Part shown: positions 1 through 12,703 of the stretch, in pieces
Layout of the letters: the number at the start of each line of letters is the position of its first letter
Position numbering within the stretch: the first letter of the stretch is position 1
Assembly (NCBI RefSeq): GCF_001194135.2
Contig: NC_068984.1
Span: 114,585,986-114,649,985, forward strand
Length of the DNA stretch: 64,000 bases
From: Octopus bimaculoides
Lineage: Eukaryota
Direction of reading: 5' to 3'
Program-made: the position numbers and the translations under genes
The notes under the pieces: model-generated
Seen by the model: only the letters and a program-made list of their open reading frames with translations
Told to the model about the DNA's origin: nothing
The model's database searches: none

Positions 1-49
<49 letters not shown>

Positions 50-78
50 TATATATATATATACACATATATATATAA
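1..78. repeat. (TA)n/(TACA) microsatellite
   Basis: Direct reading. Confidence 0.95.
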
Positions 79-713
79 AGATAAAATATATCACCAATTT
101 TTAGAACGAAAATTAGGTGATTGCATTGTACTTGATTTAAATGCCATATCAACATAATGTCTTTGGTAGCAAACACATACACGCTCACTCTCTCATTTAA
201 AACTGTACCTTCCAGCTTTTCCTTAATCAAGATCGCATTATACTTGAATAAATATGGTAAGACTCTATATGAAACAAACCGTCATATTTTTAAATAGATC
301 TGTCAACATATTCCAGTCACCTAAAACTATATTCTTTGAAAAGCAATGTTTATTCTATCTTATTTAATGAGTCACTGTTCCAATTTTAAAATTCTATCGC
401 TAAAATACTAATATTGTATATATGAAATGGCTAACAACCTGATACTGCTTGTTCAAAACATGTTTTCTTGTCCTCCAGCAAAATCAACCAATGTCATCTA
501 GAAATTTACACTGCTCAGTTATAAATTTCACACATTATACAAGAGTTCATTGATTCATTTCTTTGTTTTAACATCTGATTCTCCATGCTAACATGGCTTA
601 GAACGAGGAGTTATTTGAGGCAGGATTTTACAGCTGGATGCTCTTCCAGTTACCAACCTTAACTTGTTTTTAAAGGAAAGGATATTTTCTTCTTCATTCC
701 AAAATAAAATTAA

Positions 714-950
714 CCCTTTGGTTTAAAACTTTTGGCATTTAAACCAGCTATATCTAGTCCAAATATTCTATTTGCTTTATGTTCAAGCCAGCCAGATTCA
801 GCCTCTCACACCCTATCCTACAAAGTGACTATAAAGATAAACAATCACATCATCAAAATCTTGAAGCTACAAGATAATGCATGATTAATTCAAAACTATG
901 TGAATAAACAAGCATTGCATTTGACACAGTAATGTGAATGCCCAAGGATA
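714..950. mobile_element. TTAA-specific (piggyBac-like) MITE, family A, degenerate
   Basis: TTAA+CCCTTT start; body matches 17093-17314 and 24811-24975 (…gataatgcatgattaattcaaaac…gaatgc); right TIR decayed. Confidence 0.7.
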
Positions 951-1169
951 AAGCTATGTCTTTTCTCAATATTTCTAGAAAAATCCATATCAACATAACG
1001 CCTTTGGTAGCAAACACACACACACACATTATCTCTCTCTCTCTCTCTCTCACTCATTTAAAACTGTATCCTTCCATCTTTTCCAAAATTCATCATTTTC
1101 ACTGTTGCCAAGAGGATTTAACTATTCTCAGTTTAACCATGTAACAGAACACTCCATCCCAAATGATTC

Positions 1170-1677
1170 TTTCAACAGTTGTGTGCAAGAGAGAAGACTG
1201 TGTTGGTTTGATCATGTGGTTCATATGGATGAGGACAGCTGCATAAAGAAGTGCCAAGCTCTAATTGTGGAAGGTACCTGCGGAAGGAGGAAACCCAGGA
1301 AGACATGGGGTCTTCAGATGCTGGGTCTCACTGAAGAAATGACAAGAGACCGGGTTATTTGGGAATTTGCTGTGCTTGATAAGACATGTCAATCTAGGTA
1401 AAATCATTGTCTTCCACACATACAGGCTTGTCCTTTCAGGTGCCAGTGCCCCTTAAAAAGCACCTGTGTTGGTGCTGCATAAACACACCAATACCATTGG
1501 CACGTAAAAATCACCCAGCACACTCTGTTAAGTGGTTGGCGTTAGGAAAGGCATCCAGCTGTAGAAATCATACCACAACAGACAGTTGTAGTCTGGGCAG
1601 CTCCCTGCTAGCCAGTTCCATGTCAAACCATCCAACCCATGCCAGCATGGAAAGCAGATGCTAAACAATGATGATGA
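1170..1677 (+). mobile_element. RTE-clade LINE, 5'-truncated: ORF C-terminus plus 3' UTR
   Basis: Translation RRLCWFDHVVHMDEDSCIKKCQALIVEGTCGRRKPRKTW matches the RTE C-terminal RRLRWFGHV-RM…G-R-RGRP-KTW motif; followed by gcatccagctgtagaa…ccatgccagcatggaaagc and a (GAT)n tail. Confidence 0.85.
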
Positions 1678-1881
1678 ACAGTTGATTGACTACTATTACC
1701 TCCAAAATTACTCTGGCAATAGAAACTTCCATCACCCAGTAGTTCTTCAAATCATCAACCATTATTCACTAAACTCCGGCATAGCTTCTATCATAATCAA
1801 CTATTGATTGTTTTTCTTGTTCTTTTGGATTGGAAATTTCCTATCAAATATAAAGGACAAACTTTTTGAATACTATTGCAG

Positions 1882-3398
1882 CTAATCCTTTTTCTCTTTT
1901 TTAACAATCCTTTCTATTATTAATATCTTCTTATCTGTTAATGAGAGAACCACAGCTGGCCCAATTGATAAAACTTGAGTCTACTAGCTGACAGTTGATA
2001 ACCTGAGTACCAGTGAACTAACTGGTACCATGTGGTAGTGCAATCCCACCAGCAGAAGCACCAAAAACAGTATATGACTAATATTTTTGCACTGCAGAGT
2101 TTAGCCCACCTCTAACCATTATTCTTCATTCTTATCTTTTAAACTTAGGTGGGCCTGCAAAGATCATAGATGGTGACCCCTCTACCATCAACTATATAAT
2201 TACAAAATTGTGCAAATTAAATCCATCTTAAACTTGAAAGCTACTTCATAAGCATGGCTTGCCAAAAGCTTATTTCTCTTATACATTAAATATTAATCAA
2301 GGTAATATGAAATTAATATTGAAAAAAAATTAATATTTAAAAATGTCTTCTAAAATTCCTTCTAGAGCACCACCTTGAAGAATTTTTAGTCGAATAAATT
2401 GATCCCAGTACTTATTTTTTACAGCCTTGTACTTATTCTATCAGTCTCTTTTATCAAATCACTAAGTTACGGGGAAGTAAACACACCAACAATGGTTGTC
2501 AAGCAGTGGTAAGGGACAGACACATACCGGGCTTCTTTCAGTTTCTGTCCACCAAATCCACTCACAAGGCTTTGATCAGCATGAGGCTATAGTAGAAGAC
2601 ACTTGCCCAAGGTGCCACACAGTGGGACTGGGTTACAAAGCAAACTTCTTACCACACAGCTGATTTCTATAAACAAAAACCACTACTCTTGTTTAGTTTC
2701 AGTGATCTGGGTTAGCTTTGACTGAAGAGACACACAATGAGGTCAAAACCACATTGTGTAGCCTCCAAGTACGAATAGGTATGCTATTGTTTATGATCAT
2801 CAATCTATTTCTTCTTTATGATATCCTCAACATGACAATTTTTATTTCCAAATGCATCATTATTCTCACTATTAATTTCCACCAAAATGCTTCTAATTTG
2901 TCTAATTGACTTCGTAGCCAGAAAGAAGACAGGAATAGATGGATGGATACAAGATTAATTTACAAATTGTAAATACGAAATGTAACAAAGAGAAACTGAA
3001 TGCAATAAATGCATAAATTGATAATTTATAAACAATGAAGATTTTTCAGTTTAGCACACAGAGAACAATGCAAGACAATCAATAAAACAACAGACTCGTT
3101 AACTTTTTGGTATTAAAAAAAGTTCTAAACGATAAAATGATTTCACTACATTAAAAAAAGGGGTGGGGAACAAAAGAAGTCAACCTTCAGCTAGTTATGC
3201 ATTCTATTAAGTGAAATAAATTACTTCCAAACCAGAGTCCCTTAATAGTATATCATAAAGGATATAATAAATGTAATAGACTGTTAAAACAGTCAATTAC
3301 TCACTCATCTCTATGCAGACAATAGAAGGATTTTCAATTGACACTGGGCTGCTAGATTTTCCACATTTCTCAATTACAATTGCTTCAAACATCTCATT
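1882..3398 (-). CDS. Candidate last two coding exons of an unidentified minus-strand gene (3305-3398 and 1882-1934)
   Basis: Exon 3305-3398: poly-T tract…ttaacttag acceptor, GA|gtgagt donor, NEMFEAIVIEKCGKSSSPVSIENPSIVCIEM, phase 0 to 1. Exon 1882-1934: ttctctcattaacag acceptor; only its phase-1 frame runs past a few codons, giving NKKILIIERIVKKEKKD*. No homolog recognised. Confidence 0.3.
2355..2660 (-). mobile_element. tRNA-derived SINE family A, degraded
   Basis: Colinear with the young copies at 8803-9193 and 22060-22475. Confidence 0.85.
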
Positions 3399-3501
3399 CT
3401 AAGTTAAAATCAATGGGAGAGAAAAAAAAAAAAAAAGCAACAGATTCATGCAATAAACCTCTTTTTCTTCATGTATCAAACACTGCCAATTCTTTGAGTA
3501 A

Positions 3502-3504
<3 letters not shown>

Positions 3505-3592
<88 letters not shown>
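3505..3592. repeat. (TG)n microsatellite
   Basis: Direct reading. Confidence 0.95.
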
Positions 3593-3599
<7 letters not shown>

Positions 3600-4852
3600 T
3601 TGTGCAAGTGTGCATGTGAGGGATATTTTAAACAGAACTGTAATATTGACTGAATAAATAACTAAAGACTTATTTATTTATATATTTATTTTGCTCTTAC
3701 GAAAGGGTGTTTTAACTAACTAGGAAGAAATAAGTGCCAAGTATGTAAATACTTAATTGTATAGCTCATATCTATTTCCTACAGAAATATAAGCAACTTG
3801 TATTTGTATACACATATATATATTACACACTCACACACTTAACATAGATACATCTATTTATACACATGCATACACACATACACTGAGTTTATGTTAATGA
3901 TGAAAATGCTCTAGTAGCTAATTACAGTTGAGCCTATTAACACTTTGCTCCTAAACCTGGGTGTCATACCATTAAGGCCTAAACATCATCCCTGATGCTG
4001 TACTAAACTTACTCTAATCATAGCTTCCATCAATAATTTTCCTTAAATTAGGAGGAAGTAACTCAATCCTTTCATACAAGAGCATGTGTAGGTACGTGCA
4101 CGCATACACACACACACACACACATACATACACACAGAGAGGCTTGCTCTCTCTCCTCACTTACACACACACAAATCAAATGAACTTATGACATTTCAAA
4201 GATTTTATAATGGAGGTGGAAAGCTAAGCCATTCGTATGAGAAAGTAAACTGATACGTTTTGCTCTAGGTTTCAAATGCAGCAAGGATGACACTTTCGAA
4301 CAGACAATAAACAACAACAACACACTATCTAGCATTTTCTAACAGTCAATACAAAGTATTGATAGGTTTAAATAGGAAAAAGAGGTGGGGGGAGAGACTG
4401 AGCAAAGATACTTTTACATAGAAATCAATGCAAAAATACTATTGACAAGAATTCAACACACACACACACACACACACACAAGGAAAAAAATGCCTACCAA
4501 CTGAGACGAAACGTATAAAGATACTTAAATTATCCAAAGCAAAAATCTTTTTTGAATCACAAAAGAGACTCTAAAAAGAAAAACGTACATAACTAGAGAG
4601 AGAGAGAGAGCAAAAAAGATTTATTGTAGATTGTTATTAACAAATTCCAAAATATGCCAGAGAGAAAGAAAAGGTAGAAAAAAAAAAGGATCTATATAAT
4701 AAATGTGATTTATATTCAACAATATCCTATTTCAGAAAACCTGAAATTTCCACTCTGCTTCAATAACAATAATCCTCCTCTGCTATTATAATCATTAATT
4801 CTAGATGTTTATGTGATATGATCATTATCATTATTGAGGGAGGGGTACACTT

Positions 4853-5080
4853 GGTGAAGCAGGAATCATTAGCATGCCAGACAAAAGGCTTAGCAGATTT
4901 CATCTTTACATTTGGAGTTCAAATTACACCGAGGTCAACTTTGCCTCTCATCCTTTCGGGGTCGATAAATTAAGTGCCAGTGAAACACTGGGGTCGATGT
5001 AATCAACTAGTCCCCTCCCACCAAATATCAGGCCTTGTGTCTTTAGTAGAGAGGATTATTATTATTATTATTATTATTAC
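4853..5080 (+). mobile_element. tRNA-derived SINE with Nin/Deu-like central domain
   Basis: B-box-like gagttcaaatt, then ctttgcctctcatcctttcggggtcgataaattaagtgccag, (ATT)n tail. Domain name is from recalled consensus. Confidence 0.75.
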
Positions 5081-5334
5081 CATTTGGAATTGGCACAATC
5101 AGTGAAGCAACAGATTTAGTATCTTAGTGTTTAGTTATATCTCTTTAGAATCTGAGATCAAATACTGTCAATGTCGATTTTGCCATTTGACTTTCTGAGG
5201 ATCAATGAAGCACTAGAGGGAAATATCATCCAGTATAATCCTCTCCCTAAAATCTGTGATCATGAGTCCATGTTAAAAATCCATCTTATTCTTATTATTA
5301 AGCTGTTACATGTTAATTTAATTGGCAGGAATGT

Positions 5335-5722
5335 TATTTTGAGGTTTGGTGACAAGTCTCCTCAAATCTCAAGCACTTTAGAATTCTTGCAAAATACAGG
5401 ATGATACTTTTCAGCAGGTCAACAATACAAGTCTCAATTCCATAACTTCAGTCTCTTGGGTAGCAGTCTGGGTATTGTGTCAAACACACCAATTATCACA
5501 TGTATAACATAACTGCTGTTTTAGTTACCCACAGTCTCTTCAGCTCTCTGGTTAGGTCCTTATATTTTTCATTTTTTTTTTTCAATTTCTTTGGTATCAA
5601 CTCTTATCATTAGGAATCATAAAATCTATGATTTTACAGAGTTTGTTTATTTTTTTCTTCTATAACCCTATCTGGTCTTCTTGTTTCAATATGGTCAGTC
5701 TTTATAGGGAAGTCCCTGTTAT
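5335..5722 (-). mobile_element. R4/Dong-like non-LTR retrotransposon, restriction-like endonuclease fragment
   Basis: Minus-strand reading across frameshifts: DFPIKTDHIETRRPDRVIEEKINKLCKIIDFMIPND…DLTRELKRLW…VIIGVFDTIPRLLPKRL, matching WDF-IQTD…RPD…IID…DL-RE-KRLW…IG-LG of RLE LINEs. Confidence 0.75.
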
Positions 5723-6427
5723 CATTATTATTATATTATCATCATCATTATTATTATTGATAGCTGCTTCAAGATCAATTATTATAATAGTGGTGACACA
5801 TAGGCAGAATCATTAGAGTACTGTCTTGCACTATTTAGTTATGGCCTTTTATGTTCAGGGTTCATCTCTGCCTTTCATCCTTCCAATGACATATAATACC
5901 AAGTCAAGTATTGGAGTTGATTAAACTCTCTACAAATTTCTAGTCTTCTATCTATATTATAACTTACTGTTGCCTTTACTTAGGAAGTGACAAGAAAGAA
6001 ATGATAGATGTTTGGACTAAATGCTCTCCAACATCTAAATCCACTTTATATCACTTAAGAGTCAACAGAACAAGTATTAATCATGTACTAATTTTGATTC
6101 AAATGACTACACTACCATACAAATTATCAATATTATACCCATATAAAATATTACATATAAATTCTGTATATGCAAGTATTTAACAATTTGTGGGTTATAT
6201 AATCCCTAGAGAGAACAAACATATCTAACAAACAAAGGAACTGGGATTTCAACTTGAGTGGGTCTCCTTCCAGTATAGTTAAAATTACATACACACTCTT
6301 TCAGACTGTTTATCTAGCAATTAATACCTACAGTAGATTAACTGGTGTAGATTAGGCAATTGATAATTAAGAAAAGTTACAACACAAAGACATGTGTACT
6401 AAGAATATATTTTTTATTAATAAAGAC

Positions 6428-6812
6428 TCAGGCATAGCTGTATGGTTAAGAAGTTTGCTTTCCAACCATGTGGTGTTGGGTTTGGTCTCACTACATTGTC
6501 ACCTTGAGTAAGGGTCTTCTACTATAATTCCAGGCTCACCAAAGTCTTGTGAGTAGATCTAGTAGATGGAAATGGAAAGAAGCCATATATGTATGTGTAT
6601 CTTTGTTTAGACTGCCACATTGTAAAGCAAGTGTCACTGCCATACAGTGCTGTTCATTAACAATGTTCCATGAAATCATGTCTGGCCATAGAGAAATATT
6701 ACCTTGTTTGGAAACAGGTGAATGTTGGTGACTGGAAGAGTATCCAGCCATAGAAAATCTGCTTCAACAAATTCTGTCTAACCATGCAAGCATGGAAAAG
6801 TGGATCTGATGA
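6428..6812 (+). mobile_element. tRNA-derived SINE family B (family-A head, RTE-type tail)
   Basis: Head gctgtatggttaagaagtttgc…caccttgagtaagggtcttctactata; tail atccagccatagaaa…catgcaagcatggaaaagtgg…gatgatga. Confidence 0.85.
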
Positions 6813-6909
6813 TGAAGAGGAAATAATTGTCTTCCATTTAATTACATTGAGGTTTTAAACAAATAAATTGAAGGACTGAATGGTTACAGGGTTTCTGCTG
6901 TCAGTGACA

Positions 6910-7345
6910 GATCATTATCATCATCATCATTTTAACATCCACTTTTCCATGCTCACACAATTCAAAATGAATCCACTGAGGCAGATTTTCTACTGTCAGC
7001 TGCCTTTTTGTTGCCAACCTTCACCTGTTTTCAAGCAAGTAATATTTTCCCAAAACCAGGTATGTTTTTTTTTGTTTGTTTGTTTGTTTGTTTTTTCCCT
7101 CCCAGCATGATTGGAAGCAAATAACATTGCTTGTATGATAATAATATAATGTCAAGACAAGGAGATATAAATATACATACCATTAAACATACAAGAGACT
7201 TCTTTCAGTTTCTGCCAACTAAATTCCTGCACAAGGCTTTTTTGGGCCAGGGTCTATAGCAGAAGACATCAGCCCAAGTTGCCACACAGTAGGACTAAAC
7301 CCAAAATCATGTGCTGGGAAGCAAAATTGTTAGCCATACCATCAT
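6910..7345 (-). mobile_element. SINE family B, inverted relative to 6428-6812
   Basis: Reverse complement of the same tail and head modules. Confidence 0.8.
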
Positions 7346-7823
7346 GTATGTTCCTATCTATCATTTTTTCTGACTGGTAGTATATAATGCCCAGTATCGA
7401 TCGATTATTTCCATGGTGGTTTTATCTTAATGAAAGTAATTGTCAACAATATTGTCATTACTAATAATGGTTATCAACATCGTTGTCATTAATAATATTT
7501 ATCCATATGATCAATACCGTTATCAAAATCAATGCCAAATCTTATTATCAAATTTACTGCCATTATCATTAGCAACGGTGTCATCATATTGTCAGCAACA
7601 TTAACCACTAATACTGTTAGCAACATAGTTGTCAATGACAATGTCAACTCTGCTGTCAATGGAACATTTTAAAACAAAGCTGTTTGAGAAGTTTGACACC
7701 ACCCACACATTTCTGTATTAGCTTATTGGAAGCAAAAAAAAAACCCTTTTTTATCTTAAGACTGTCCTTTGTACGAAGTGGAGGATAGCATGAAGAGAAT
7801 TTACGGATACTATTGGTAGTAGA

Positions 7824-8214
7824 TTGTTGTTGTTGTTGGCACTCCGTCGCTTACGACGTCGAGGGTTCCAGTTGATCCGATCAACGGAACAGCCTGCTCG
7901 TGAAATTAACGTGCAAGTGACTGAGCACTCCACAGACACGTGTACCCTTAACATAGTTCTCGGGGATATTCAGCGTGACACAGTGTGACAAGGCTGACCC
8001 TTTGAATTACAAGCACAACAGAAACAGGAAGTAAGAGTGAGAGAAAGTTGTGATGGAAGAGTACAGCAGGGTTCGCCACCATCCCCTGCCGGAGCCTCAT
8101 GGAGCTTTAGGTGTTTTCGCTCAATAAACACTCACAACGCCCGGTCTGGGAATCAAAACCGCGATCCTATGACCGCGAGTCTGCTGCCCTAACTACTGGG
8201 CCATTGAGCCTCCA
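7824..8214 (-). mobile_element. Young full-length tRNA-derived SINE family C with 13-bp TSD
   Basis: tRNA-like head with A and B boxes, (AAC)n tail, perfect TSD tattggtagtaga at 7811-7823 and 8215-8227, CpGs intact. Confidence 0.92.
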
Positions 8215-8425
8215 TATTGGTAGTAGAGACTAGCAAGTAAATATCAAAGCTCAATTTTTAGCATGTGAGAATTATAATAACTTTTAATATTATTACTCAA
8301 ATTAATACAAACAAAATTTTGTGAGGATTCAGTCCTTCAGTGAACAAAAAAAACAAACAAACCAGTCTACTTTTGTGAGACTTAAAATAAGAGCATACAG
8401 AGGGATACAACTTGATACTCTAAAG

Positions 8426-8657
8426 CAGTGTTTCTCAACCATTTTTTAACCGAACGCCTTTGATTCCTACTTTACTTGGATGAACCTTCTTAGACATTCA
8501 ATGTTAAAAAAATCCCATTATATTTTTATAATATTATTAGGAATTGTTTAAAAATAAGTCAAATATTTTGTGTATTCAAGAAGTATAACCAATTTGTTGC
8601 AGATAAATTTTAATAACAAAATTTTATATGGACCCCTAAGGGTCATATGAACGACTG
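8426..8657. mobile_element. hAT (Charlie-like) MITE
   Basis: cagtgtttctcaacc left TIR, decayed right TIR ending gactg, 8-bp TSD ctctaaag/ctcttaag (7 of 8). Confidence 0.8.
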
Positions 8658-8802
8658 CTCTTAAGCAACAGTCTATATTTCTTAGGGTCTCTCATACTAG
8701 CACAATTTGTTAGAGAAGATTACTTATATTTTACTGACTTCCAAAGGGCAAAATGTATATCGAAGGAATTAAACTCAGGATAGAGATACATACTGCATTT
8801 TC

Positions 8803-9193
8803 TCTGTTTACTTGTTTCAGTCATTTGACTGCGGCCATGCTGGAGCACCACCTATAGTCAAGCAAATCGACCTCAGGACTTATTCTTTGGAAGCCTAGTA
8901 CTTATTCTATTGGTCTTTTTTGCCTAACCGCTAAGTTACGGGAACGTAAACACACCACCATCAGTTGTCAAGCGATGTTGGGGGGGACAAACACAGACAC
9001 ACACACACACACACAAACACATATATATACGATAGGCTTCTTTCAGTTTCCGTCTACCAAATCCACTCACAAGGCTTTGGTCGGCCCGAGGTTATAGTAG
9101 AAGACACTTGCCCAAGGTGCCATGCAGTGGGAATGAACCCGGAACCATGTGGTTGGTAAGCAAGCTACTTAACCACACAGCCACTCCTGCGCC
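8803..9193 (-). mobile_element. Young full-length SINE family A
   Basis: Minus strand begins ggcgcaggagtggctgtgtggtt (A box), B-box-like ggttcattccc, internal (TG)n, tail …ggtgctccagcatggccgcagtcaaatgactgaaacaagtaaa. Confidence 0.92.
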
Positions 9194-10794
9194 GATTTAT
9201 TCAAGTATGAAGTGGAAAAAATTTAATATAAAAGATCACAGTCAAAATTAGGGATTAGCATTATAATCAGTGTAATAAAAATAATAAAAAAAGACTAACA
9301 TTAAACCTATGGAAATGAAGAAACTGAGAGCAGTAGCCCCCGAGACCATCTAACAACTTATACACTTCACTGCCTGCAATTATTTATTAAACACTGCATA
9401 CATAGCAAACACATCCAATGGCAACGGTTCACTGTAATCAGAAACATTATTGATAGTGTGATCATACATACTGTTGTTGAAAAGGGATTATTTATAGGAT
9501 TACAATTTAAAACATGGAAGTTACATTACTGATGTATGCTAATTGTAAAAAGGAAAAGAAAAAAACAGAGACAATAAAAAAACCTTTGGCCTTTATATAA
9601 CAAAAAAAGTATGGTTGTAGAAAAGAGATATAATGCTACAGTGCAAAATTTAAACTTAGAATTTCGTCGAAATTTAAACTTAATCCTTTGTCTGTCAAAA
9701 GCATTATCATAATTTTATCTGAAACATCCAATGCTTAGTCAGCCCTTGTTTTATACATTCAGAGTAACATAAAGTATAGTTACTCTGGTGGTTGAAAAAA
9801 ACTGGGTATGTGTGTCATGCATGATGCACAGATGCCAGGGAAATATGTCTTGTGTGTCACATGTGATACACAGAACAGGCAAAGTTTAATGTCATGAAAG
9901 ATATGATGATAAACTGTATTACCAATTTTTTAGCTACAAAAATTGGTCATATACTGGAGATCACATAGAAATTGAGTAAATATGATACTAAATACTCTGC
10001 CTTGTAAATAACTACAGCTGTAACAATAATCTCTGTTTAATAATAGCTTAATATAAATGCCAGTTAGTTCATCAGTTGATTTTTCTCCAATTATGCTTTA
10101 CACCATACAGATTTGAGAGAGAGAGAGAGAGATAGAGAGAGAGAGAAAGAGAGAGAAAAAAAAGTACAGTTAATATAAGAGGTGCAGGTGAATGCACATA
10201 TAAGGCTTGGTGACAGGCAATGAGTAAAAGAATGCTGCAGGCACACACAGAGCATCATAGAGGAGGCGGTGTTAAATGATAGGATAATTAGCTGTAGCTG
10301 AAAAAAGCTCTGCAGTAGTTAGTATTCATTGTAATGAATATTTTTCTTTGATGCTTTTCAGGTTAGATGCGCATCAATAAAGGATTTTTTCTTTCTTTTT
10401 TCTTTTTAGCATTAATCACTAGGGTATTTGCTAACTTGAGAATTTATAACAACCTGTTCCAAATGAATATATCACTACAATTACTACAATATATATTTTG
10501 GCCACCGTGGGTAATATGAAATATTGCATACATTATAATTAATTAAATTACCCAATGTAGTAAACGTATACTTCCAAAGTTACCTGTTGTATGACATAGG
10601 TAACATTCTAGTTATATAAAAAAAAATTACATCAATGGGTTTTCAATTTTTGCCTAATCTTTTTCCATTAAAAACTAGATGCAATATTCTTCCAATTGCA
10701 TGTTTATAACATATACAACCAAGTCATAAAAAGAGCAAATTCATGGTAAATTTCATTAACTGGATTAAGATTTGATGGATTGCCAGTTATTGTA

Positions 10795-12130
10795 CAGCGT
10801 AGGGCAGAGAGGACAGACATTTTTGAAATGGCTATTACTCAGCCCCAGGGGGAAGGGCATATGTCTGACAGGTACCATTTGGTCTGTGGTGTCTTAGCAT
10901 TTTTTTTCTTTTCAGGTGAAGCCATGACACTGTGGACGATAGAGCAACCTCTTTTTATGCCTACGACAGGTACGTGAAGAATAACGAGTCTGTCACAGCA
11001 GTTCAGCCTGAGTTTCAGTGCCACTTCAACATTCACCGAAATCAGGCTGTTCCCACCCCATAACACAATCTTATGTTGGATGAATGCACTTTGTGCACGA
11101 GGTACACTAATGAATACGAGATCGGTGATGGTGCCACAAACAATACGGACACTGGAAAATGTGGAACACATCAGACAAGCTTTGATACAGAGTCCTGAAT
11201 CACTCTGCTCAGAGGCATTCCATTGAACTTGGCATCAGTAATCAATTAGTAAAGCATATTTGGCATGAGGGCCTGCATTTCCATCAATACAAATGGGCAA
11301 CAGTTGACACCATGGGACTATACACAGCAGCTTAACTTCGCACATCAAACGGAAGCAATTTTTGAGGCAAATGACAACCTCATTTTGTTAATGAATGAAT
11401 GATGAAGCTCATTTTCATCTCAATGGCATGGCGAATCAACAGAACTGTCATTATTGGGCTTTTGAAAATCCGAGAGAACTGCCCGAAAGACCACTGCACA
11501 GTCCAAAAGTGACGATCTGGTGTGCTGTTGGAAAAGCTGCCGTCATTGGGCCTTACTTTTTTGAAGACAGTAATGGAAATGCTGTTTCTGTGAACTCCGA
11601 GAATTACATCAAGATGATAAACAACTTCTTTGTGCTTGAATTACAACAAAAACATGCTTATTCCACATGTGTGGCTTCAGCAGGATGGGGTGACAGTCCA
11701 CACAGCAAGAGCATCAATGGATGTTCTTCACCCTCTCTTCAGTGACCGCCTCATTTCCAGGTTTGCTGACATCCCCCCACCCTCAAGTCCTTGATTTGTC
11801 CATGTGTGATTATTTCTTGTGGGAAAATCTCAAGGCACGTGTGTATGTACATAAGCCTCACACATTGGACAATTTGAAGGAAGCTATACATGTGGAAGTC
11901 GCCCAAATCGACAGAGCAATGCTGGAGAGAGTGGAGGCCAACATCCAAGAACACCTTCAGAAATGCATCAATGAAACCGGAGACTACATGATGGATGCTG
12001 TTTTCCTCACTTGATTTTTGACAAATGCTAATCTGATATGAACACATTGATGCTAATTCAATATGAACACTGCCAAAATTAATGATTTTATGAATTTTTC
12101 AAAAACGTCTGTCCTCTCTGCCCCACTCTG
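10795..12130 (+). mobile_element. Full-length Tc1/mariner-superfamily transposon, DD41D (rosa/Visitor)-like
   Basis: About 33-bp imperfect TIRs (cagcgtagggcagagaggacagacatttttgaaa vs reverse complement cagagtggggcagagaggacagacgtttttgaaa), TA on both sides (10793-10794, 12131-12132), 1336 bp. Confidence 0.92.
10924..12014 (+). pseudogene. Frameshifted transposase (N-terminal HTH plus DDD domain)
   Basis: Motifs across frames: YVKNNESVTAVQ, DEAHFHLNG…QNCHYW, IGPYFFED, QQDG, SP[frameshift]DLSMCDYFLW. About 40-41 residues between the 2nd and 3rd Asp after repairing indels. Confidence 0.85.
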
Positions 12131-12703
12131 TATTATAACTCGATGGTCAAGCTGGATAATTCAGAGTTTTGAATAAAAGCATCCCAGTCATCATCTAATA
12201 TATCTTTTTTTTTTCTTTGTAAAATGGTGGTGGTGGTGGTGGTGGTGGTAGGGAATGGAGGATAAACTAGTGGATCTAGTAGCCATGTAGAAGTTTCCCT
12301 TGCTGGTTTGTGATTAGTTTAGCTGAGTCATACAGGTCTAGGCACTGTTTAACTGAACAACTCATAAAATTTGTCAACATTATCATCACTATTTAATGTC
12401 CACTTTTTCATGGATCAGAAGGAATTCGTTGAGGTAGATTTTCTTCTACAACTGAATTCATTTCCTGTTGCTAATTCTCACCTGTTTCCAAGTAAGACAA
12501 TATATTTCCCCCACGACCAGACATGTTTTTCATGGAAAACTGGAAATAAACAACCTCTTGTATGAACAGTGATGCTTACTTACAATCATGTCTGTCCATG
12601 TCAAGACACACACACACACACGCACATGCACACACACACACACACGCACACACAAACACACATACACGCACACAAACACACGCATACATGTGTGTGTGTA
12701 CGT

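Noticed and set aside
144-1084. Related ~80-100 bp segments at 144-221 and 985-1084, and a mariner-like TIR at 427-444
   Set aside because: Probably fragments of an old DNA-transposon MITE; too decayed to bound or classify.
7824-8214. tRNA-like cloverleaf heads in the SINEs
   Set aside because: They are SINE promoters with tails and TSDs, not tRNA genes. No genuine tRNA, rRNA or snRNA gene was recognised in the window.
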